This document shows, in pieces, positions 17,439 through 23,534 of a stretch of DNA of 23,534 nucleotides. The notes under the pieces are model-generated. The model was not told the origin of the DNA. It made no database searches and saw only the letters and a program-made list of their open reading frames with translations. This DNA is from Pseudomonadota bacterium (GTDB taxonomy: Bacteria > Myxococcota_A > Polyangia > Palsa-1104 > JAEUJZ01), in assembly GCA_035345715.1 (NCBI GenBank), contig DAORCY010000081.1, forward strand, positions 1 through 23,534. The letters run 5' to 3'. Numbering within the stretch: the first letter of the stretch is position 1; each line of letters begins with the position of its first letter. The position numbers were made by a program, and so were the translations under genes.

Positions 17439-19064
17439 ATGGGCGGGGTGCTTGGATATCCATCGCTGCTGTGTGCAGTGATGTTGCTCATCGGCTGCGG
17501 CAGTGCGCGGACTCCGCAAGGAACGCGGACGCAGTGCACAAGCTGGAAAGACGATGTAGCACAGATCATGAAAGACAACTGTGGCAGTTGTCACAGCGGC
17601 CCGGCACCTGCGGGTGGGCTTGATACATCGGATTATTTGTCCGTCTTGGGAGGCGGTTCCCAGCCTGTTCGATCCGTCGCTGGGGATGCAAACTCCCGGC
17701 TTCTTTCGATCATCGCGAGCGACACCACATCGGATTCCCACAAGCGCATTTCCGATGCAGTCCGTGATTCGCTGCGGACCTGGATCGTGGACTGTGGTGT
17801 GTCCTACGTTCGATCGATCTATCACCAAGCCGGAATCCTAAACCCCGAAGATCCAAACGGGCAGTTTCACGGTGCGCTGCTGCGGCAAGCAAACTACAAG
17901 CTCAGCGCGTGCAGCGGCTGTCACGGTCAAGACCTGACAGGGGGCGAAGTCAAGGTGTCGTGCCTGACCTGTCATCCGCAAGGCGTGACCACCTGCGATA
18001 CGTGCCATTCCCGTCTGCCAAGTGCCCACCGAGCGCACGCAACCGGCGCTTCACTGGGTCGTCAAATCGCGTGTACAGAGTGCCATCCAAAGCGTGTCTC
18101 TTGGCTTGATCCGGGGCATGTGTTTAACAGCGATGACACCCTGCGCACGTCGCCTCCGATCATTGCATTTGGAAGCTTGGCCAGTGCGACTCCCTACGCG
18201 ATGTATCGCACAAGTCCGCCGCTGTTTGATGCCGGGACCAAGCAGTGCACAAATGTCTACTGTCATGGTGCTGTGCTCGGCGATCTCAATGCAGCGAATA
18301 CGACGCCAACGTGGACAGGACCGAGCACGCAAGCGATCTGCGGAACCTGTCACGGCGCGCCCCCTGCGAGCCATGATCCAAGCATCACCCGCTGCGTGCT
18401 TTGTCACAACCGCACGGTGGACGATGCCAAACACTTTGTCACAGGGGGTCTGCACGTAAACGGAAAGAGCGATGCAGGCGATGGCAAAGGCCAGTGCTCA
18501 TCTTGCCACGGATTTGGCGGCAGCAGTCCTTTTCAGGATCTGTTGCGGAAGACCGATACAAGCCTCGTCAGCGTCGGCGCACACGCAGCGCACGTCAATG
18601 CCAGTCACAAGCTGAGCGCTCCGATTGCGTGCTCTGAATGCCACCGCAACGACCTGCAACTTCTGGGCAGCGGCAACCTTCACAAAGCGTTCGGACAAGG
18701 TGTCACCATCTTTCCGGCCTCGCTTGCGGCGCAGCTTAGCAATCGAGAAGGAGCCAGTCCCAAGTGGGATCGCGCAGCCGCCAAGTGTTCCAGTACGTAC
18801 TGTCACGGCAGCGGCAGCAAGCTGCTGACAGACACCAGTACGACGGTGAATCGGAATCCGATCTGGAACGCAGAGAACCAAGCGTCGTGCGGATCATGTC
18901 ACGGCATTCCGCCCAAAGATGCCAACCACACCGCCACCATGCGACTTGTCGACTGTGTGACCTGCCACGCCAAGACCATGGACGCAAGCGGCACGATTCT
19001 CTTTTCTGGTCCGCCGGGAGCCCAGACCACGACGCACCTAAACGGAGTCGCCGATGGAAACTAA
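17439..19064 (+). CDS. multiheme c-type cytochrome lipoprotein (11 CxxCH + 2 CX4CH-like motifs)
   Basis: The ATG at 17439 lies 6 nt after the upstream stop, with SD AAAGGAG 8 nt upstream. It has a perfect lipobox (MGGVLGYPSLLCAVMLLIGCGSA). CxxCH motifs are CGSCH, CSGCH, CLTCH, CDTCH, CTECH, CGTCH, CVLCH, CSSCH, CSECH, CGSCH and CVTCH, plus two CX4CH-like motifs (CTNVYCHG and CSSTYCHG). The C-terminal half carries internally repeated modules (..Q.xCGxCHGxPP...C.xCH..T.D......H.NG..D). Confidence 0.85.
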   Translation: MGGVLGYPSLLCAVMLLIGCGSARTPQGTRTQCTSWKDDVAQIMKDNCGSCHSGPAPAGGLDTSDYLSVLGGGSQPVRSVAGDANSRLLSIIASDTTSDSHKRISDAVRDSLRTWIVDCGVSYVRSIYHQAGILNPEDPNGQFHGALLRQANYKLSACSGCHGQDLTGGEVKVSCLTCHPQGVTTCDTCHSRLPSAHRAHATGASLGRQIACTECHPKRVSWLDPGHVFNSDDTLRTSPPIIAFGSLASATPYAMYRTSPPLFDAGTKQCTNVYCHGAVLGDLNAANTTPTWTGPSTQAICGTCHGAPPASHDPSITRCVLCHNRTVDDAKHFVTGGLHVNGKSDAGDGKGQCSSCHGFGGSSPFQDLLRKTDTSLVSVGAHAAHVNASHKLSAPIACSECHRNDLQLLGSGNLHKAFGQGVTIFPASLAAQLSNREGASPKWDRAAAKCSSTYCHGSGSKLLTDTSTTVNRNPIWNAENQASCGSCHGIPPKDANHTATMRLVDCVTCHAKTMDASGTILFSGPPGAQTTTHLNGVADGN

Positions 19065-20316
19065 ATCCCATCAAAGACTCAAGCGGTCGATTCTGTGCGG
19101 CGCGCTGTGTTTGGCTTCCGTAGCGCGTGCGGACTCGGTCGAATTCAATGTATCGACGCTGCTGTCCGGGCGGGCCGACCCACGGGACGGAGAGATCCAC
19201 ACCGTCGTTCCGGTCTATCAATCGCTTGGTGTCACAGCGCAGATCAAGCGCCCCTATTTCGACAGCATCAACATTGTGATGTCGGGCTGGGGCTCTGTAC
19301 AACTGGACATAGGCCGTGACGAGTACTGGTCCGGAGACATCGATCTTGGCTATCTGGAAGGCAGCTTCTGGAAAAAAAGGGTGCAAGTACGTCTGGGTCG
19401 TCAGTTTGTCTTTGGTGGGGCCGCGCGCAGCACCCAGCTCGACGGTGGATCGGCGACTCTGCAAATCTACAAAGGACTTGGGATCAGCGGGTACGGGGGC
19501 GTTCCGGTCACGCCGCGTTTTTCGGTCAGCCGCGGGGACGTGGTGTTCGGCGGCAGGATGTTTTACCGCCACTCCGTGGATACCGAAGTCGGGGTGTCTT
19601 TTCACCAAGTGATGGGGGAAGGCCGCGCCGCCCGTCAGGACATCGCCGTCGATGCACGCTATGTTCCCCATGAACAGATCGCGCTGACCGGATATACGCT
19701 GTATTCGATTCCAGAAGCGAGGGTTGCGGAAGCCGATGTGGCAGCAACCTGGATTCCCAATCTGATGTTTCAGATCGGCGCCGATTATCGTCGGACAGCA
19801 CCCGATCTGTTTCTGCCGCTCAACTCGATTTTTTCGGTGTTTTCGCAAGAGACACGCGATGAAGTCGGCGGGAATGTCTTTTTCAAGCCGATCCGCAGAC
19901 TCCGTTTCTATGGCGATCTCCGCGCAGTCGTGAACATGGAAGGAGTCGGAGCGCGCGGCGGAATCAAGGCCACAGTCGCACTGGGACAGCGCGATCACAC
20001 GACGCTAAACGGCGAGCTGCGCGTACTGAAACTGCCAAACAATGGCTACGTCCAAGCGCGGCTTTACAGCACCCACAAGCTGACTCCGGCTTGGTTTGTG
20101 ACGCTGGGTGCCAACAGTTACTTTTTGGATCAACCGATAAACGGACAAGCGTTTTCGTTTACGGGAACCGGAACCGTTGCAGGCAACTTGGGTCGCGGCT
20201 TCCGAATCGTGGCGACAGGCTTTGCCGACGTGACTCCGTTTGTGGAAAGGCGCGTTGAGTTTGTCGTAAAGCTCGCGTACAACGCAACGCAAGTCTTCCG
20301 TGAGGTGCAGCAATGA
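19054..20316 (+). CDS. outer-membrane beta-barrel (porin-like) protein, candidate porin component of a porin-cytochrome conduit
   Basis: 420 aa. The start overlaps the upstream stop by 11 nt (ATGGAAACTAA). The signal peptide is METKSHQRLKRSILCGALCLASVARA-DS. The mature protein is rich in Gly/Tyr/aromatics with alternating hydrophobic stretches (VQARLYSTHKLTPAWFVTLGANSYFL; RFYGDLRAVVNMEGVGARGGIKATVALG). There is no heme motif and no obvious catalytic motif. It sits between multiheme cytochrome genes with start/stop overlaps on both sides. Confidence 0.55.
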   Translation: METKSHQRLKRSILCGALCLASVARADSVEFNVSTLLSGRADPRDGEIHTVVPVYQSLGVTAQIKRPYFDSINIVMSGWGSVQLDIGRDEYWSGDIDLGYLEGSFWKKRVQVRLGRQFVFGGAARSTQLDGGSATLQIYKGLGISGYGGVPVTPRFSVSRGDVVFGGRMFYRHSVDTEVGVSFHQVMGEGRAARQDIAVDARYVPHEQIALTGYTLYSIPEARVAEADVAATWIPNLMFQIGADYRRTAPDLFLPLNSIFSVFSQETRDEVGGNVFFKPIRRLRFYGDLRAVVNMEGVGARGGIKATVALGQRDHTTLNGELRVLKLPNNGYVQARLYSTHKLTPAWFVTLGANSYFLDQPINGQAFSFTGTGTVAGNLGRGFRIVATGFADVTPFVERRVEFVVKLAYNATQVFREVQQ

Positions 20317-21374
20317 GCGCCCGAGCCCTCCGCTGGTTTTTGCTGGCCAGCGTTCTATTTACCGTCGCCTGTGCGACATTCTGGGCCAAGATCGGTGGGG
20401 GCGACACGATCAAGGTTCCACACAGCGTCCACAGCAAAGCCAAGATCGACTGCGTGGTCTGCCACGAGCCGATTTACGACGCGCACGACATGAAAGGGGA
20501 CTTCTTTCCCAAGGAGTCAAAGTGTCTGGAATGCCACGAAGACAACAAAAAGAAAGGCGAGTGCGGATTCTGTCATTCTGATCCGATTCGCCCGACTTCC
20601 TATCGGCGGACTCCATCGACGCTGAAGCTGTCGCACGCCAAGCACATCGAGCAGACCAAAGAAGACTGCACCCGCTGCCACAAGACGCTGTCGGAAAAAG
20701 GCCAACCCGGTACGCCGCCGACCATGGAGTCGTGCTTTGGTTGCCATACCCACAAGCAGGAATACGAGCAAGGAAGCTGCGGCACCTGTCACAAGGATCT
20801 GCGCCGCTATCCGCAGAAACCGATCACGCAGTTTTCGCATCGCGGCAACTTTGTACTGGGCCATGCTCGACCGGCGCGATCCTCGCCAGAGAGCTGCGCG
20901 ACCTGTCATGAACAGACATTCTGTGCCGACTGTCATGCCAAAACGGTGTTCGCTCCGATTGAGCTGAAATTCCCAGAGCGCGCCGACAGCGATCTGATTC
21001 ACCGCGGCGACTTCATCGGCAGACACAGCATCGAAACGCGCGCCGATCCGGCATCGTGTCTGCGCTGCCACGGACAGAGCTTCTGCGAAAACTGCCACAA
21101 AGAGCAGGGCGTAAGTGGTCGCAGCGACAACCCACGAAACCCACATCCATCGGGATTCAACATTCCGGGTACGCCGCAGTTTCACGGTCTTGCAGCCCGA
21201 CGGAACATCACAAGCTGCGCAAGCTGCCACGATCAAGGTCCGCGCTCAAACTGCGTAAACTGTCACAAGGTCGGCGGACTCGGTGGGAATCCGCATCCGC
21301 CTGAATGGATGGAGCGACACGACCGTCAAGAGATCGTGCGAAACGGAATGTGTCGCTACTGCCACACGCTGTAG
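20313..21374 (+). CDS. multiheme c-type cytochrome, 13 CxxCH (probable periplasmic component)
   Basis: The ATGA start/stop overlap with the upstream gene indicates translational coupling. The signal peptide is MSARALRWFLLASVLFTVACATFWA. There are 13 CxxCH motifs in 353 aa, about 27 aa per heme: CVVCH, CLECH, CGFCH, CTRCH, CFGCH, CGTCH, CATCH, CADCH, CLRCH, CENCH, CASCH, CVNCH and CRYCH. A repeated c7/c3-like unit appears three times: SC.TCH.Q.FC..CH. Confidence 0.85.
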   Translation: MSARALRWFLLASVLFTVACATFWAKIGGGDTIKVPHSVHSKAKIDCVVCHEPIYDAHDMKGDFFPKESKCLECHEDNKKKGECGFCHSDPIRPTSYRRTPSTLKLSHAKHIEQTKEDCTRCHKTLSEKGQPGTPPTMESCFGCHTHKQEYEQGSCGTCHKDLRRYPQKPITQFSHRGNFVLGHARPARSSPESCATCHEQTFCADCHAKTVFAPIELKFPERADSDLIHRGDFIGRHSIETRADPASCLRCHGQSFCENCHKEQGVSGRSDNPRNPHPSGFNIPGTPQFHGLAARRNITSCASCHDQGPRSNCVNCHKVGGLGGNPHPPEWMERHDRQEIVRNGMCRYCHTL

Positions 21375-21436
21375 TGCTGCACAAAGCACAGACGACAACA
21401 AATCATCGCTCACACACAAGATGTAGGGAGAACATC

Positions 21437-21790
21437 ATGCGCAAAGTCCTCATCATTGCCTCGCTGCTGTCGTTTGCCCTGTCGGCTTCTGCCGATGAAA
21501 ATGATCCGCGTGTCAAGCGCGCGTGGAAAGCAAAGTGCGCATCTTGTCACGGCGAAGATGGCAAAGGCGACACCGAGCAAGCACGCAAAAAGTTCGGTGG
21601 TCCACTGCGCGATCTGACCGATCCGAAAGTGCAGGAAAGCTTCAAGGACGCCGATCTGAAAGACAGCATCACCAAGGGCAAGACCGTGCAAAAGGACGGC
21701 AAAGAACTGAAGATGCCAGCGACGCCAGAGATCGCGGGTGATCAGCTCGATGGTCTGGTGATGTTCGTTCGCAAGCTGGCCAAGAAGTAA
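21437..21790 (+). CDS. monoheme class I cytochrome c (periplasmic)
   Basis: The ATG at 21437 is preceded by AGGGAG with a 6-nt spacer. The signal peptide is MRKVLIIASLLSFALSASA. A single CASCHGE motif and a downstream Met (ELKMPATPE) serve as the probable sixth ligand. It is small (117 aa) and Lys-rich. Confidence 0.8.
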   Translation: MRKVLIIASLLSFALSASADENDPRVKRAWKAKCASCHGEDGKGDTEQARKKFGGPLRDLTDPKVQESFKDADLKDSITKGKTVQKDGKELKMPATPEIAGDQLDGLVMFVRKLAKK

Positions 21791-21835
21791 CCACGCTTCA
21801 CTTTCATACAGCAGCGCAGCGTTCAGGGAGGGAAG

Positions 21836-22438
21836 ATGCTCGCGGTACTGTTTGGACTGGCGATTCTGCTTGCGGCGCTGATCCTGATTCGGCCAGCCCA
21901 CGCGAGCAAGACGCTGGCATTCACAGGTCTGTTTGTGCTGCCGGTGACTGCCAGCGTGATTGGTGTCGACAGACATATCGAAAACTCGAAACAGACTTCT
22001 TTTTGTACTTCGTGTCATGTGATGCAAAAGCACGGAAGGAGTCTGCTTGTCGACGATGCTACGCTCCTGGCGGCGTCCCACTTTCAGGGTGGACGGATTC
22101 CGCGTGAGCAAGCCTGTTTTAGCTGCCACACCACGTACACGATGTATGGTGGTCTACAGGCCAAGCTGCGTGGCGTAAAGCATGTACTCGTAAACTACTT
22201 TGGCAAAATTCCGGACAAGCTCGCGCTGTATGAACCATACAACAACCGCGAGTGTCTGCACTGCCATGAAGGCGCGCGGCGCTACCTCAAAGGAGAGACG
22301 CACAGCGCCGAGCCAGGACGGATGGAAAAGATGCGGCGCAATGAGCTGTCGTGCGTAAGCAAGGACTGCCATGACACGGTGCATCTTACGAGCGAAGTCG
22401 ACAGCATTCCGCTGTGGAAACCGGAGGCGGCCAAATGA
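21836..22438 (+). CDS. NapC/NirT/NrfH/CymA-family membrane-anchored tetraheme cytochrome (quinol dehydrogenase)
   Basis: The SD is AGGGAGGGAAG. An N-terminal TM helix (MLAVLFGLAILLAALILIRPAHA..) is followed by the family-typical first heme motif FCTSCHVM. Further motifs are CFSCH and CLHCH, plus a CX4CH variant (CVSKDCH). Its 200-aa size fits the family. Confidence 0.8.
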   Translation: MLAVLFGLAILLAALILIRPAHASKTLAFTGLFVLPVTASVIGVDRHIENSKQTSFCTSCHVMQKHGRSLLVDDATLLAASHFQGGRIPREQACFSCHTTYTMYGGLQAKLRGVKHVLVNYFGKIPDKLALYEPYNNRECLHCHEGARRYLKGETHSAEPGRMEKMRRNELSCVSKDCHDTVHLTSEVDSIPLWKPEAAK

Positions 22439-22689
22439 ACACCGAGCTATCGCGCATTCGGCTCGCTGCCGCGCTGGTCCTTCTGGGCCTGCTCGTGGAA
22501 AGACTCACCCTTCAGTGGTCACACCCCACCGCATTTTTTGTTTACGCCGGCGTAGGACTTCTGTTTTTGGGCGTTGGTGTGCTGCTGTTTTTGACGACCC
22601 TGCTCGGTGGGGCAAGCGCCCACACATCTTCAAGCCAAGACACCGCCAAGCCAGCGCCTTCTTCCGACGAAAAAACAGCCAAAGCCTAG
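22435..22689 (+). CDS. small membrane protein (2 predicted TM helices), operon accessory
   Basis: The ATG overlaps the NapC-like stop (ATGA). The 84-aa product MNTELSRIRLAAALVLLGLLVERL...FFVYAGVGLLFLGVGVLLFLTTLLGG has two hydrophobic helices followed by a Ser/Pro/Lys-rich tail. There are no recognisable motifs. Confidence 0.4.
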   Translation: MNTELSRIRLAAALVLLGLLVERLTLQWSHPTAFFVYAGVGLLFLGVGVLLFLTTLLGGASAHTSSSQDTAKPAPSSDEKTAKA

Positions 22690-22740
22690 TCCGATCGCTG
22701 GCCGACTGCCACTTCTTGTCGCGCCGCGATATCATGGGCC

Positions 22741-23534
22741 ATGGACCCGAGCCACGAGCGAGCACTTGCTGAGCAGCTCGCCCGCGAGATCATGGCAACC
22801 GAACGAATCCGCGCGTGGATCATCGCGGTGGTGTTTTCGATCGGCTTCATCGTTGCGTCCGTGGTCTTCAAGCTCATCAGCGGTCACGCAAATGACCCTG
22901 CGGATTCCTTGCTCGTGCTCATCGGTCCAAGCCTGCGCGCGATCATCGGGGTATTCACCCTGTACTGCTGGATTTCATACCTTCACATCAGTCGCAAGCT
23001 AAAGTCGGGCAAACCACTTCCCTATCTTTATGTCCTGGCCAACACTGTGGTGGAAGTGTCATCTGTCACCGCCCTTTTGTGGATCGTCGGACACTTTTCC
23101 TCCGTCGAGTTTGCGGTGAGTGCGCCGCCGATTCTGATCTACTTGGGACTCATCATGCTGTCGATCCTGCGGCTGAGCAGTGCCTATTCGATGTTTGTGG
23201 CCGGACTCTGTGCGGCGCAGTATCTGCTGTTCGGAGTCTGGTCACTTACTCACCTTCGCTCGATTCCTGACTCGATTTTTTCTTCGCCGGTTCCGGTGGC
23301 GCTGCGCACTTCGATCATGCTGGTGTGTGGTCTGGGCGCGGCGATGATAAGCCGGGACTTGCGCGCGCGGCTTCTGCGCACTGCCGAGGCTGTCTTGGAA
23401 CGCGACCGCACCGTGGCGATGTTTGGACAGCATGTCTCTCCGCAAGTGGCAGAGCGCTTGCTCACGACCCACGCCGGCCAAGTCACAGAGACCCGCCAGG
23501 TCTGCATTCTGTTCTTCGACATCCGCGACTTTAC
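22741..23534 (+). CDS. membrane-anchored class III adenylate/guanylate cyclase; partial (3' end beyond window)
   Basis: The frame is open from the ATG at 22741 to the window end; it is not in the ORF track because there is no stop. About 6 hydrophobic helices (IIAVVFSIGFIVASVVF; IIGVFTLYCWISYL; LYVLANTVVEVSSVTALLWIVG; ILIYLGLIMLSILRL; MFVAGLCAAQYLLFGVW; IMLVCGLGAAMI) are followed by FGQHVSPQVAERLL....RQVCILFFDIRDFT. This is the canonical opening of the class III cyclase homology domain (compare VTVLFADIVGFT). Confidence 0.7.
   Translation, partial: MDPSHERALAEQLAREIMATERIRAWIIAVVFSIGFIVASVVFKLISGHANDPADSLLVLIGPSLRAIIGVFTLYCWISYLHISRKLKSGKPLPYLYVLANTVVEVSSVTALLWIVGHFSSVEFAVSAPPILIYLGLIMLSILRLSSAYSMFVAGLCAAQYLLFGVWSLTHLRSIPDSIFSSPVPVALRTSIMLVCGLGAAMISRDLRARLLRTAEAVLERDRTVAMFGQHVSPQVAERLLTTHAGQVTETRQVCILFFDIRDF

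Noticed and set aside
18736-19998. 420-aa minus-strand ORF spanning the cytochrome/porin junction
   Set aside because: It is antisense to two well-supported genes (CxxCH-rich cytochrome and beta-barrel). It has no motifs and a composition-driven open frame.
20517-21236. 239-aa minus-strand ORF inside the 13-heme cytochrome gene
   Set aside because: It is antisense to a gene with 13 CxxCH motifs in frame, so it is a shadow ORF.
1-23534. CRISPR arrays, tRNA/rRNA genes, IS elements or integrases
   Set aside because: I see no regularly spaced short direct repeats, no cloverleaf-compatible conserved tRNA boxes in the intergenic regions inspected, and no transposase or integrase-like ORFs or terminal inverted repeats. 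The window looks like a stable chromosomal locus rather than a mobile island.

Overview
This is a ~23.5 kb, roughly 60% GC, densely coding bacterial chromosomal segment. I see no rRNA, tRNA, CRISPR array, transposase or integrase. It falls into three blocks. (i) 1-6717: a minus-strand two-gene operon encoding a Ser/Thr-kinase-like protein with a degenerate catalytic loop followed by a TerY-like vWA protein (partial, runs off the window). A divergent hypothetical gene, a secreted trypsin-like S1 protease and a TonB-dependent-receptor-like outer-membrane protein complete the block. (ii) 7315-13984: two tandem paralogous secreted Cys-rich vWA-domain lipoproteins followed, on the same strand, by a 978-aa protein with clear similarity to eukaryotic major vault protein (MVP repeats, shoulder domain and cap-helix coiled coil), interrupted by a Pro/Ala-rich low-complexity insert. 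(iii) 15004-22689: a tightly coupled 7-gene plus-strand operon that looks like a complete porin-cytochrome extracellular electron-transfer module. It encodes an MtrC-like decaheme with beta/5-heme/beta/5-heme layout, a multiheme lipoprotein, an OM beta-barrel, a 13-heme periplasmic cytochrome, a monoheme cytochrome c, a NapC/NirT-type membrane quinol dehydrogenase and a small membrane protein. It is followed by a membrane-anchored class III nucleotidyl cyclase (partial) and has a 4-EF-hand Ca-binding protein encoded divergently upstream. All domain calls come from reading the translated motifs by eye; no database search was run.
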